DNA of 64,000 bases from contig CM059432.1 of assembly GCA_030390025.1 (NCBI GenBank), positions 126,916,001 through 126,980,000 of the forward strand. Reading direction: 5' to 3'. The position numbers and the translations under genes were made by a program. This DNA is from Squalus acanthias (Eukaryota). Every line of letters starts with the position of its first letter. The first letter of the stretch is position 1. Below are positions 38,232-51,452 of this stretch, piece after piece. The notes below the pieces were generated by a model, which searched no databases, had not been told where the DNA came from, and was given only the letters and a program-made list of their open reading frames with translations.

Positions 38232-40122
38232 CTAATCACCCTTGTGCATTCCCTTAGTGCCTGTCTTCAGTGTACCTTTGCTAGTCCTAGTGCTCCAATG
38301 CAGTGCTACCCCAGTGGCTGCAGCATGGCTGGTGGAAGGCTGCTGACTTTCAGTGGGGGAGTCTGCAGATGGCCTTGCAGGATGACCTCGAGAAGCTCTG
38401 GGCCTAGTAGGCCCAGCTTTGGACTGCACCACCTTGGCATGGGTGGCAGCAGTCTGGGCTGGCTGACTGACAGGCAACAGCAAGGGCATTGGTGGAATGG
38501 CAGTGGCGGGAGGACGAATGCTGTTATCCTGAGAGAGGACGGGAGGGTCGGCCTCCACGGAGCCACTGGCACTCCCCTGGGGCGGCACCTCAGCAACCCT
38601 AGTAATTTGTTGGAGGAGAGATTACTGGACTGCTGTGACATGCTCCAAGCCCCTTTCAACACTGATAAACCCAGCCATGATGGCCGCAGTCTGAGCTTGC
38701 ATGACTTCAGTCTGAGCTTCCATTGCAGCACTCAGACATTGGGTGGCTTCTACTTGTGCTGCAATGGAAGCTCAGACTTCGATCATCAGACGCTGTATGA
38801 TGGTTGGGTCCACAAGTGCGTTAATGGATCTGCCCAGCCCTTCCATGCTGGAAAGGATGGGCTCCAAGCTCTGAGCAAAGCCCTGTGCAAGGTTGGTGCT
38901 GGACTCCTCCATGCTTCTTGACATTGCATTCAGGCTTTCTGGCAGGCCTGCCAATGCACCAAGCATTTCATTGTGCATACCCATCAGCGTTCTTCTGCAG
39001 GCCACCACATCAAGGTCTTCATATGAGTCCTGTGCAGCAGAACTCAAGTGCAACCTCGCCCTACGGGGACCTGGCACCTGAGCTATCCTTTCTCCCTGCC
39101 CTGGCTGCAGGCCAGTCGTGCCCAGTGTGTCACCATGTGTAGATCCCATGTCTAACCTATCTAAAGTACGCGGAGTGTCAGTATCTGAGCTGGTGGTTGG
39201 GAGTGTGAAATCGAGTGATGGTGTTTCTTCTTCTTCTTCACTCTCCTCTCCCTCTTGTTGTTCAACCACTGGCTGGGCAGGCTGGATTTCTTGAAATGAG
39301 AAAGGCACAAGGGTAGGGTTGTGGTGAGGGGGGGGAAAGCAAGTGGTGCATGCTTACACCATGTGCAGATTGTAAATCAGAAGTGATTGTGGGATGAGGG
39401 GGAAGTGGGATGTGAGAAGGAGGATAACTTATGAAGATGCTGGCATCTTGTATTCCTTCAGCCCTGCCGCTGGCCATGGGCTCAACCATGCACCTGCCAA
39501 GAATGGTCAGCACCATCTCCTCCAAGGGGGTGAGGTGATGCAGGCGAGCCTGTCCCCTGCCGGTTAAGGTCTGCTGGTGTCTGTTATGTGGCACCTTTTC
39601 CTGCAAGAGAAGGGGAAGTGTGTCAGTGAGTGTGGTGCAATATGCTTGGGTGTTGTGCCTGTCATGGTTGAATAGCTGACAGTGTGTTCAAGTTGTGAGA
39701 TGTGGATGTGAGGCTTGCAGCAATGGTCAGTGTGTGCAGGTGAGGTGAAGCGATGAATGTGAGGTATGAGTGTTTGGTAGAGATTGTTGGTGGGTGAGTG
39801 ATGGGGGTGTAGTGCATTGAGCCATGTGTGAGGCTAATGGTGCAGATGGTGGGTTATGGCAATTGAAGAAGAATTCACTGACCTTGACCACTCGTGTGAG
39901 GTCATTAAACTTCTTCCTGCACTTAGTCCAGGTCCTCAAGGCTATATTGCTGGCATTGACCACATTGGCTATCTGCTCCCACTGTAGTCTTGTCTGTTGC
40001 CTGGAGGGCCTCCTGGCCCCCTGTGGGAAGAGGACCTCTCTCCTGGAGTTGACGTCCTGGACCAACGCCTCCAGTGCTGCATCCGAGAACCTTGGAGCCC
40101 TTTCTCTGGCCTGTTGAGCCAT
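38232..40122 (-). pseudogene. Harbinger Myb/SANT-like gene; exons 40122-39883, 39600-~39445, ~39291-38232
   Basis: MAQQARERAPRFSDAALEALV...W...RTWTKCRKKFNDL; splice signals at positions equivalent to the other copies. Confidence 0.85.
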
Positions 40123-40642
40123 TACTCAGTCTTCTTGTTTATGACAGTAGCCTCCACAAGCATATCAATCACCTGTTGCAGGCAGAAGGCACCTCCCCTT
40201 TAAGAGGTGCAGACTGCCTTTAAGTAGTGCAGGCTAGCTTTAATTGGTGCTAGCCTCGCACAAACTTGGATCCCTTGCTGAGCGTTCAGCCACTCAGCTG
40301 TGTGTTCAGTGCTTGGCTGAATGCTGCAATCATGCAAAGTAGCAGGCAGCATGAATTTACGTGCTGCCTATAGTCCTCCGAATGGGCGCGGGTTGCTATC
40401 GCATTGCTCCCCACACCCGTTTTCGGGGGATAATGAATTTCTAGGCCAAGCTCTCTAAAAATACTTTCCCTTTTCAACTGAGAGGTCTATTGATTACCCA
40501 GTAAATGGTACCTTTTGATGCAGCTACTTGTGGGCGACACTGATATTTTGTAGGACAATAAACTGACCAATTTATAAAAGCTGGAATATCCCAAGTTCAA
40601 AATTAGAGCAAAGGATTTTAGATTTGAACCAAGTATAAAGAA

Positions 40643-41670
40643 ACATAGAAACATAGAAGATAGGAGCAGGTGTAGGCCATTCAGCCCCTCGAGCCTGCTC
40701 CGCCATTCAATGAGATCATGGCTGATCATCCAAATTCAGTACCCTGTCCCTGCCTTCTCCCCATATCCCTTGATCCATTTAGCTTTAAGAAATATATCTA
40801 ACTCCTTCTTGAATATATTTAATGAATTGGCCTCAACTGCCTTCTGTGGTAGAGAATTCCACAGGTTCACCACTGTCTGGGTGAAGAAATTCCTCCTCAT
40901 CTCAGTCCTAAATGGCTTACCCCTTATCCTTAGACTGTGACCCCTGGTTCTGGACTCCCCGGCCATCGGGAACATCCTTCCTGCATCTAGTCTGTCTAGT
41001 CCTGTTAGAATTTTATAAGTTTCAATGAGATCCCCTCCCATTCTTCTAAACTCCAGCGAGTATAAGCCCAATCGACCCAATCTCTCCTCATACGTCATTC
41101 CTGCCATCCCAGGTATCAGCCTTGTGAATCTTCACTGCACTCCTTCCATGGCAAGAACATCCTTCCTCAGATAAGGCAACCAAAACTGCACACAATACTC
41201 AAGATGTGGTCTCACCAAGGCCCTGTACAACTGCAGCAAGACATCCTTGTTCCTGTACTCGAACCCTTTCGCTACGAAGGCCAACATACCATTTGCCGTC
41301 TTAACCGCCTGCTGCACCTGCATGCTTACCTTCAGCGACTGGTGCACAAGGACACCCAGGTCTCGTTGCACTTCCCCTTCTCCCAATCTATTGCCATTCA
41401 GATAATAATCTGACTTCCTGTTTTTGACACCAAAGTAGATAACCTCGCATTTATCCACGTTATATTGCATCTGCCATGCTTCGGCCCAATCACCCAACCT
41501 GTCCAAATCATACTGGAGTTTCTCGGCATCCTCCTCACGGCACACACTCCCACCCAGCTTTGTGTCGTCTGCAAACTTGGAGATATTACATCCAATTCCC
41601 TCATCTAGATCATTAATATATATTGTGAATAGCTGGGGTCCTAGGACCGATCCCTGCGGTACCCCACTAG
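40643..41670 (-). mobile_element. 5'-truncated CR1 LINE
   Basis: GVPQGS and FADD region, YRALVRPHLEYC, (catagaaa)2 tail. Confidence 0.93.
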
Positions 41671-42321
41671 TGGGTACTTTTGATTTTGCACTCAGAAGGC
41701 AGACTGAATGGATGGAAATGTATAAACTGAAGCAGACCTTCTGATTTCTGTTCAGTTACAGAAAAAAGTACATTGATTCCCCAAAAAGAGGCATCTTTTT
41801 TTAAAGCAATGAAAGGCCCCTGATGTGGACCAGAGGGGAACTAAATATCCTCTGTCAATGGGCACTGAAAAGGTCCTCTGGGAGACCAAAGCCAAATGTT
41901 GTGAACAATGTGATAAACCCCTTGCATCCTCCCTTTGGCAGAAAATTCATAGCAGGACTGTTGCATCAATTCAGCGAGCTGATGGTAACGTCACCTGAGA
42001 CCCTACTGTGATAAACACAGTGTTAGCAAACTATACACCTCATTATACTCCTGCACGTGTCCGACCATGACACAAGAGACTGCACAATACCCACCCAACC
42101 TCCCCCCTCCCCCAACTCTCCCAGGGGAAAGCCAAAGGGCCTATGGGTACCTGCCAAGTTCTACAAGGCTTTACTCCCAGAGCTTGCTCTTCTGCTGCTG
42201 AACTCCAACACAATCTGCTGGACACAGCCCCTCTCAGACACTCTCGGATAGCCACAGTGACGGTTGTGTTAATACTTAAGAAAGGTAAGGACCCCACCCA
42301 ATGCCCATCATACAAACCTAT

Positions 42322-42931
42322 TGTTCAGAATAATAAGTAAGGTCCAATAGTGGTCATGATAATTATAGGGATAACAATGGGACTTTGAGTGCTTTGAGCA
42401 GGAAGCTGGGAATATAGCTGACAGAGAGAATTAGGTGCCAGCATGTCTGTAAAAGTGGTTATAATTCAGGGACGAGCAGATGCTTGAGTGTGAGAAATGA
42501 CTGAAAAGATATGAAAGTGCCAACCCCAAGGCCAGCCTAACCACTCAAGCGTGTGAAATGTCTGGAGAACAATAAACAGATTGAGCCGCAATGCACACGC
42601 GCGAGAAGGGGAAGTTGTCTGTGTGACTGCTGGCGTACTTATGTACCAAGCGTACATTAACCTTACGTACTGAGCTATATACAATATAGAGCACACCTGG
42701 AAACTGTAGGAACTCTAAATAGTCTTGATGAGATTACCGTGAGCGGCCAGAGGATTTAGTTCACGAATCCCCGATGAGTCTGTCACTTGTGAGCATCAAG
42801 GTGCCTATCTCATAATGACTGTATGTGTTGGGTTTCTATTGATTTGATAAATAAAGATTATTCATCAGTCAATTCTCTGTCTCGAGTCCATGTGCCTGCA
42901 TTGTGTTAAAATGATAAGGATTGTCCTGACA
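42322..42931 (+). mobile_element. Solo LTR (610 bp) with 5-bp TSD
   Basis: TGT...ACA ends; cctat at 42317-42321 and 42932-42936; AATAAA near 42850. Confidence 0.85.
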
Positions 42932-43646
42932 CCTATATTGCTCCTCAATGCTGACTATAAAATATTGGTCAGTACCTTAGCCTCCAGGCTGGATACAGTC
43001 ATCCCTGGGGTGGTCCATGTAGGGGTTATGTGGGGCCGCCTCTCAAGGGACAACACCGCGGGCTCTTCAATGCAGTGCACCACTGCAATGGTACTAACAC
43101 ACCTGCCCTAATATTCTCCCTGAATGCAAAAAAGATATTCGACCAAGTTGAGTGGAATTTCCTCTTCAAGACACTCGAGAGAATGGGTTTTGGTGATACT
43201 TACAATTTTATATTCACATCCCACATCTGCAGTTTGTACCAGTGGCCTCAGCTCCCCTACCTTCTTAATGCACAGAGGGCCTAGCTAAGGATGTCCCCTA
43301 TTCCCCTGTTTGCTCAAGCCATAGAAACTCTAGCTGCACGTGTCAGAGTGAACCCAGGCACTCTTTGGGCTCGATTTTGTCATTAGGGCGGGCTGGGGTC
43401 GTGTAATCCGCTTTTCGTGTTAGTCACCCGACTCCAAGTCGAGGTGGGAGAATTATTCGATTTTCCCCTAATTGGGCACTTGAGTTCCAGCGTATGGGAA
43501 CCCATGGCCCAATTAGTTTTTTCAGTTTGAAAGTCGCCTCCGATGACGTTATCATTGCTGCTGCATTTAAGGTCTGCAAGAAGCCTTGCTTCTTCTGCAG
43601 ACTGCCAACCTTTTGTCCTTTGCTGTGAGAGGGACCTGGAGGCAAA

Positions 43647-45620
43647 ATGAGCAGCAGGAGACCTAAGTCTGCTCCTAGATTTGATGACGTCGCCCTGCAA
43701 GCTCTGATGGAGGGAGCAAGAGTTAATAAGGAGGTGCTCTTCCCTTCTTCAGAGAGGAAGAAGCCTCCCCAGCAGACGAAGGCTGTGTGGGTCCAGGTGG
43801 CACAGGAGGTCAACTCGTTGTCGCTGATCCGCAGAACCTGGTTTCAGTGCAGAAGAGGTTTCATGACCTTCTGCGCACTGGAAAAGTGAGTATGACTTTC
43901 CCATCACCCTCAATCTGATCCCCATTGCCTCTCCTCACCAGCACTCAGCTTTAGCAACCTCTTCCTCCACATCCCACTTGACACTGACATCCCTGCACCC
44001 TTACCCAATCCCTCTCTCTGTATGTTCACATTCACCTAACTATTTGACTATGCAGCCCTCACACTCCCTATCACTGTGATGCTATGAAAACAACTTACAA
44101 CACACAGGGAGGGCCCTTGGACCTGCCACCTCACTCCATCTTTGACTCCTTCTAAGCATCTATGCTATGGATTCTCTACACTCACTCCTTCATTCTCACT
44201 CAAACTCCACTTGTCTCCCTCATTGCAGGAAAAGAGAGCTCACAATAAGAGGGAAAGAGCGAGGACAGGAGGAGGGCCACCCTCAGTAGCTCACCTCACC
44301 CTGGAGAGGCGGCCCTGGAGATCGTGCGAGTCGAGGACGATGCGCAAGTGGGGGACAGACAGACGGGTGCATCACAGCAAGCTGGTGACAGAAGAGTTTT
44401 TCATCTCTCTCATTGACATTGCATGAGTCGCTGATAATGATTCTGAAGGTCGAACAGTTGGACTTCTGACCATCTGCAATATGCACTGTGCATGTAACCT
44501 TGGCCTCACATCTCTGACTCTTTCCTTTACTCCCCCACAGGACCATCGCAAGCACCCATCCCCACTATCCAGGAGGACCAGCCTGAGCCTCCAGACTCCT
44601 CAGAGGAAGCTACAACATCTGAGGGCGCAGCGTCAGCAGAATTCAGCCAACACAGCACCAGCGCAGACACTCACACCTCGGTGGGACCATCGCGAGATAG
44701 AGTAGTGTTGTCACCTGGTGTATCACAGCTCACAAGTGAGCATCAGCAGATGGTGGAGACAGGGACAGCTGTGGAGAGTCCTAGTCGGAGGGTGCAGGAC
44801 TCACCCAGCTCGGCTCAGCTGCATGTCGACCCTCTGCCTCTGGGACCATCCAGAAGAACAGCGGTGCTGGAACTCCAGGAACAGGTGCAGGAGTCTCTGG
44901 CAGGTTTTGTCTCCAGGGTCGCTGCGAGTGTGGAGCGAATGGAGGAGTCTATCGCGAACATGAGCAGAGCCTTTGTGAAGGTGTTGGCGCATGAATGCAT
45001 CACCACGGAAAGGATGGCAACCTCCGTGGTGAGGCTGGCTACCGTAGAGGAGAGGATGGCTATGGTAGAGGAGAGGATGGCTACGTCCATGGAGGAGCTT
45101 AGTCGCCAGGGTATGGAAAACATAGTAATTGTTCAGAATAGAATGACATCTCTTGAGGAGCGATGGTCAGCTATTGAGCATAGAAACCAGACCTTCATGC
45201 AAGTCCTCGGGAGTAGGACTTCCAGTACAGAAACGGGTCCTCCTGGCCCCCCTGAAGTGCTGCAAGGTGCTGTCAAGCCACTTGCTAGCTCTGAGGTGGG
45301 GCTGACCCATGAGAGGGATGTTGGTGGCAGAGAGCAAGGAAGTGGGGGCTCCTCTCCAAGCGCTCACATGACCATGCCACTGCAAAGCCCTCGGTCAGAG
45401 CCCCACCAGAGTCCCCACCCAACTGAGATCGGCGTCTCAACCCCTGCACAGCCTGCAGGAGCAGCAGACTGTTGCCGAGCCCTCACAGGCTCGCAACCCC
45501 AGAGGACGCCCGCCAAAGGTGTCGAGACACGAGCAGCAAGAAAGTGAGCAAGGGGCCTCCACATCTGCTGATGCCAAGGGGGAACCACCACGTAGGAGCA
45601 CGTGTAAAAGAAAGATGCTG
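43647..45620 (+). pseudogene. Harbinger Myb/SANT-like gene; exons 43647-43885, 44229-44384, 44541-~45620
   Basis: MSSRRPKSAPRFDDVALQALM...W...RTWFQCR; EKRAHNKRERARTGGG; exon 3 coiled-coil-like; small indels. Confidence 0.85.
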
Positions 45621-46054
45621 CACAAATAGTCACAAGGGTAGTCACTTGGGTGAAATGTGATGTTTAATGTTGAAAAGCCATCAGTTGGTGACTGTAAATA
45701 AAAATTCTGATGGCAACTGTTGCAGTTGTGGCGTGTGTCATATCGCTAATGGGACTTCCACATTGAGGGCTTAGGATGACTTGCAATTGTCAGTATGGTG
45801 GTCAGAGTGCTAGGATTCCGCTGGTTCTTGGCCATTGTCGATGCTCTGGTAAGAAGCTGCGAGGCAAAAGTGCTTGATTAGCTAGGCTAAGCAAATCTGG
45901 CCAAGCTGAGTGCGTTCCTTGCATCCCGGGCAGCTGCCGCTGGTTGATGCGCCTCTGCAAGATGAGCGTTTTCACCCTCCTCCTCCTCCTCCTCCTCATC
46001 TGAGGAGGATATGTGAGGAGCCACTTGGTCCTCAGGAATCTGCAAGCCACGACG

Positions 46055-47149
46055 CTATGCCATGTTGTGAAGTGCACAGCAAGCCACGACGATTCTGGAG
46101 ACCCTGGCTGCTGAGTACTGCAGGGCTCCACCTGATCTATCCAGGCATCTGAAGCGCATCTTCAGCAAGCCGATGGTTTGCTCGATTATGGATCTGGTGG
46201 AAATGTGGCTGTAGTTGTAGCTCTCCTCAGCTTCGTTCGATGGGCTCCTAAACAACGTCATTAGCCACATCTTCAGGGGATAGCCCTTGTCTCCAAGTAG
46301 CCATCCGTGAAGTTGGTCTGGCGGACTGAAGAGCGGAGGCACACTAGACTGGCGCAGGATGAAGGAGTCATGGCAACTGCCAGGGTACTTGGCGCAAACA
46401 TGCAAAATTTCCTTCTTGTGGTCACACACCAGCTGTACGTTGAGGGAGTAGAAGCCCTTGCGGTTGACAAAAATACCTGGATTGTGATGGGGTGCCTTAA
46501 GGGCCACATGTGTGCAGTCAACAATGCCCTGCACCCTTGGAAAGCCTGCCAGATTGTCAAACCCAACCGCCCGCGCAGTTACACTGGCTTGATCCTTGGA
46601 GAAATGGATGTGATTGTGCGCGATGGCAAAGAGGGCATCGGTTACCTGCATGATGCAAGTGTGTGCGGCCGCCTGGGAGATGCCGCTGATGTCTGCTGCT
46701 GATCCCTGGAATGAGCCTGAGGCAAACAAGTTGAGTACGGTGATGACTTTGACGGGCACTGGTAAGGGGTGTCCACCTGCTCCTCTGGGCTCCAGGTCTT
46801 GCTGCACCATTGCGCAGATGTCACCCACTATCTCTTGCGAAAGTCGTAGCCGCCTTTGGCACTGCTGCTCAGTCATGCTGAGGTAGCTGATCCTCTGTCT
46901 GTAGACCCTGTTTTGGGGGTATCTCCTGCGCCGACATGCTTCCATGCGCTGGCGCCCTCTGGCCTGTGCAGCTTCAGGTGGGTGAGCAGCAGCTTGGAGC
47001 TGCTGCTGTTGCTCCTGCTGTTGGTGGTGCTGGTGTTCAGGGTTCTGCTGCTGCCGCAGCTGGTGTTCATCCTCATCTGATGTCCAGGAGGAAAGGAAAT
47101 AAATGGTTCCCATGCTTCTGGTATATGCCTCAGTTGAGGAAGCGCTCAT
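46055..47149 (-). CDS. Harbinger (HARBI1-like) DDE transposase, open 364-aa frame
   Basis: All three catalytic motifs present: GIVDCTH, GDKGY, IIEQTIG; stop after HNMA removes the acidic tail. Confidence 0.9.
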   Translation of the reverse strand: MSASSTEAYTRSMGTIYFLSSWTSDEDEHQLRQQQNPEHQHHQQQEQQQQLQAAAHPPEAAQARGRQRMEACRRRRYPQNRVYRQRISYLSMTEQQCQRRLRLSQEIVGDICAMVQQDLEPRGAGGHPLPVPVKVITVLNLFASGSFQGSAADISGISQAAAHTCIMQVTDALFAIAHNHIHFSKDQASVTARAVGFDNLAGFPRVQGIVDCTHVALKAPHHNPGIFVNRKGFYSLNVQLVCDHKKEILHVCAKYPGSCHDSFILRQSSVPPLFSPPDQLHGWLLGDKGYPLKMWLMTLFRSPSNEAEESYNYSHISTRSIIEQTIGLLKMRFRCLDRSGGALQYSAARVSRIVVACCALHNMA

Positions 47150-48129
47150 TCAAGGTGGGGAGAGGGGTTTCCCAGGAGGTCACACTGGAGATGGGTGTCA
47201 GGCTCCAAACTTCCACAGCAATGGTTATGCCTGTTAAAAGTTCCCCCAGACCTGAGACAACAAAGTTCTGCCACCTGCAAATGATGATTAATCAAATCTC
47301 CTTTTTAATGGTGGAGCTGCAGCTGATAGTCAGCAATCCAATTCTGCTACCGCCAGGCTTCACCATTGTGTTTCAGAGGAGGCGCGCATCACGTGGGAAA
47401 AGTGTTAAAATCGGAAATGCCTCTCAAAATGGGATTATAGAGGCAATTAAGTGGTTGTTAAGGGCCTTAAAGGCCTATCCCGCCTCTTGGAGGCGGGACG
47501 GAGACAGGATCAGAAACCACGCATTGGGGAAAATTGCTCGGAGGCGGGATGGAGGCGGGGTCGGGCCCGCCCGCCTTTTTTTGCTATTTTAACACCCCAC
47601 ACGCCTCCATTCCCGCCTCCTCGGGCCTGGCAAAATCCAACCCTTTGAGTACAGGCAGGAGGGAATAAACAAAAAATATCGCTGTATGCTGACAGCATAG
47701 TGCTTTATTTTAACCAACCCAATAACATCATTCCCAAGTTTCTTCCAAAGTATCACCCCATCCGATAAAAACACGTGGGCAAAACACCTGTAGTAATTAC
47801 GCTAGCCTAAAAAAGTAATATACAGCCTGTGGCTGAAGCTAGAAAAGTGCTGAGACACATGGGCCTCAACCTATGGGCTTATTCTACCTTACTTGCTGGC
47901 CTCCTGTTCCCCCCACCCCTGCCCTTCCATTTCTCATTCGAACCCCATCCTCAGAAAGTCAACTGTGAGGGAAAAGAATCAACTACTCAAACAGCAGAGC
48001 TGCCTCTGCGATTTATGCCAAGTGGCTACTAAGCCAGTCCCTGTCTCCCTTATCCAGGCTCCAGCTACTCTACCTATGTGTTGTACTGCCTAACTTTACA
48101 CAGCTATCTATATACCTGAAATAAAACGT

Positions 48130-49000
48130 TCTAACAAAAGGTCATCGACCTGAAACATTGGCCCAAAAATTCGTGAGGAAGCCTTCGTGCGAGGGTAAGG
48201 CTTCCCCGCGATCTCTCACTGCGCGTTGGCTTTTTCAGTTCCAGCTCACACGAACTTGATGTTCTGGACAGCTGCTGTGCTGGGCTTGCGTATCCCACAG
48301 GCGCAGTTAATTCGTGCGAGCTGTGGGATCACGTGACTCAGTTAGAGCCAATGGCAGCACACCATCTTCCATTCATAACTTTCATATAAGTGCTGTGAAA
48401 GCTATGAATACTATAGCCCCCCAAAAGAACAGCTAAACCTCAATTAAATTTAAAAAAAAACCATCACATTAATAAAATAAGTATAGTTAAATAAATTAAC
48501 CATTTTAAATAAAAATTTAAATTTTTGAAAAAATTTTAAATCTTTTAAAAAGTTATAAAAATAAACTTACCTGTCTTTAAAGTCTCTAAAAAAGAAATAC
48601 CTTTTAAAAAAAATTCAAAATAATACTTAATTCACTACTTACCTTGTTAAAAGTGGGTCTTACTCCTCCTTTATTTATGTGTAAAATCTTCCATACTTAC
48701 CTGCGCGTTGAAACCACTAAGTGCACTGCATGCGCGCAGCCTGTAGCGCGCACGCGGTTCACTTGGGAACCGCCCCCTTTTCCATTCACCAAGTGCCGGT
48801 TTTCAGCGCATGCGCAGTGCATGCAGAAAACCGGCAATTGGAGACAGAATACGCGAGAGTACGCAGTGCGTACTCTCGCGTATCAACACAAATTTTTGGG
48901 CCGTTAACTCTGTTTCTCTCTCCACAGATGCTGCCTGACCTGCTGAGTGTTTCCAGTGTTTTCTGTTTTGATTTCCAGCATCTGCAGTATTTTGCTTTTG
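48130..49000 (+). mobile_element. Degraded Penelope-like 3'/pLTR fragment (second family) split by a MITE
   Basis: aaaggtcatcgacctgaaac|gttaactctgtttctctctccacagatgctgcctgacctgctgag...; recognised from memory, with a decayed hammerhead-like core. Confidence 0.55.
48160..48902. mobile_element. Harbinger-type MITE with subterminal palindromes
   Basis: Perfect TIR ggcccaaaaatt / aatttttgggcc; TSD att / gtt. Confidence 0.8.
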
Positions 49001-50631
49001 TATCTATACACCTGTCTCTATCTATTTATGAGTGAACTGTACCTTATATGTAGCAAGTCTTACCCAGCAAAGTAAACTTTGCAGCTGAAAAAAATTCTAC
49101 TAAAAAAAACTAGGACACTAAGTTGTCCCAGAAAGATTTACCAGGCCAACTCGGCATAACTGGGCCAGTCCCAGTCAAAACAGCACATATTGAAATTAGG
49201 TAATGGTAAAGGAGAAGCCAAGGCTGAAATGAAGGTCAACAAAGCATCAACAGCTAATATTTCATAAGAATAAAATTAAAATAACAAAAACTATGTGGGA
49301 AAAGGCACAAGCCTTGTGAACAAAAATCTCTCTTTTTCTGTTTTTCCAATTTTCTACCATCATCTGCTAAAGGCAACCAACTCGTGCTTGGGTGAATTTC
49401 ACAGGTACCTCACCCAAATGGTTATTCTTCATTACAGTGAGCACCAACAGCCTGTTCGACCATGGGAGCAAGACACATCTCAAGATTTTCTGACCATTTT
49501 TCCACAGAAAGGATTTGGAAAAATAGAATTACATTTAATGGTTGTGTTTTAAAGCAAAGTGTATTAAAATAAGTTTTAAAAAGGCACCGAGATGAAAGAT
49601 GCTTAAAGTGTTAATGAAATAAGCTTTGATGTTGTTTCCCCAAAGACTGTAAATGATAAATAATCAATTAGCTTGCCTCAGCAATCGATAAACACCTCAT
49701 ACCCACTGTGTAGGGAGATCACTGGTCCCGGTTGCTCATAAGGTGTTGTTTGCTGTAGGCCTCCCTTTGTGGGTTGTGAACAGAGAGACAAAGAGCCAGA
49801 GACACAGGCAATAAGGTCCAGAAAAGGCTGCAAACCCAGGCAGGTTTTTAAACAGAAAGCTGTGTGGACAAGCTTTGGTCAGTCTCAGAAGGAGAATGAA
49901 GAAGAATAGCTGGCAGTTATTTTGCTTAAATCAAGTAAGATGATGCTCTGATATGCAGAAGCATAGCATGTTCATTATTTTATATTACTTTCCAAAGCCA
50001 AGTTGCACTAATTGAATTAAGGAAGTCTGATTGTAACTGTGAATCTGTATGCTCACTTGCTGTGAAATAAAGCAGCTTAACAATTCATATCTGGATATCT
50101 GGCCTAGTCTTATCAAGTGCTTTCTTGGAATAGCAAGTGAAAGACATGAATATCTGGTTCAGATCACAAGAAGGTACTATAATTGCATCCCTGGATTACA
50201 CTATTCTATATATTGGGCACATCCTTAAATGTAAGGTGCTCAGATCACTTATAGGAGTGACTAGCACCACTGGACCTGAGATAACATCGAAGCAAGACCC
50301 GAAACTTGTAACATGGCATCACATGGAATATCTACACACATTTTCAGTGGGAGTTACTGAGTAGCAATCAGGAGCAGGAAACATGGCTGATTTTACGTCC
50401 TTTTAACTCGGGGATATTTAGGCCAAAGGTAATACCTTTGCTACACAAAGGAGAGAAAAGGTGAGGAACTTAGGGGGATAATACGCCGGAATACATATCC
50501 AAAATTGAAATCAGCACTGTGCATCACATGCTTAACAGCTTACACAGAAGAACAGAATTTGTCTTTTGCTTTTAAATGGAATTATTTTTGGTCACACCAA
50601 CCACTGGTTTGTGTACAATCTCAAACATTAT

Positions 50632-51369
50632 GGCCCTGCATTTTGTGGTAATAATAATGTTGAGGCTATTATGGAGTAAATTGGACAGCAACTTCCAGCA
50701 TCTTCACATGCGTAGCTTAACGTGGAAATCAGGAGGTTGCTGTTTGATTTGCCCTGCTCCTCCACAAGCTTCGCTCTACCGGTATCTGGCCGAGAGATTC
50801 GCCATTCAAACACATGAAGAGCGTGAAGATGCAGTACTTACCCACTAGATACCCACTAAACATGCCAGAAAAAGTTACGGCTTGTCCATTCAAGTGTAAG
50901 TGAATTTTTAATGGTGTGATAAGTCATAATTACTACCAAACAACCTCTCTGGCACTGAAAATTAACTTTTACAAGTGTAGAGTCTCATTCCTTCAGATTT
51001 AAATTATTGTTGGAGATCTTAAAAAAATGAAAAAAAAGTTTTACTTTTTCTTTCTGACTTTTTTCTCTCTCACTTAATCCCATCTTTCTTTCCCTTTCTG
51101 TACATGATTTTACATTGAATTAAATATTCTAACTTACATATCATGGTTCAGATTCTGCGTGTCTCAGTGAGGATTCTTCAATTTGATTTGTTGAAGCTGT
51201 TGCTTGCCCTGTTCACAGGTCCCAGATTACCTGTAGAAGGCGCCGCACTAAAATGGATCTCCAATAATTGCAAGTGGCCGCACAAAAACTCACAAAAAGT
51301 CTGTGGGCAGCTGTAAGTGTAATGAATGGCGCGTACCATTCGTTCACTGCTGACCGCAAAATCCGGGCC
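50632..51369. mobile_element. Harbinger-type MITE, TAT TSD
   Basis: ggccctgcattttg / caaaatccgggcc; tat on both sides; homologous to 53223-57134. Confidence 0.8.
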
Positions 51370-51452
51370 TATATTTTCCTCCATTGATATGATTCCTTTA
51401 CTTTCCTTAAACAGTGCACAGAGAGAACAGTCTCCTTCTAATAACAGTTATG

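Larger units (their letters stand above)
36388..40447. mobile_element. PIF/Harbinger transposon copy 3 (complete, inactivated)
   Basis: Perfect 12-bp TIR ggcctagaaatt / aatttctaggcc; AAG TSD at 36385-36387 and 40448-40450. Confidence 0.95.
43367..47643. mobile_element. PIF/Harbinger transposon copy 4 (complete, best preserved)
   Basis: TIR gggctcgattttg / caaaatccaaccc; TTT TSD at 43364-43366 and 47644-47646. Confidence 0.95.
41700..48110 (+). mobile_element. Old L1/Tx1-like ORF2 remnant hosting a solo LTR and Harbinger copy 4
   Basis: KKGKDP..C.SYKPI, LNADYKIL, SLNAKKIFDQVEW, GCP-like motif; resumes after 47646 with ISLYADSIVLY (YADD-like). Confidence 0.75.

Noticed and set aside
46055..47149. 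Domesticated HARBI1 host gene
   Set aside because: Lies inside TIRs and a TSD, inserted into an L1 remnant, with several degraded relatives in the window; it is a transposon gene.
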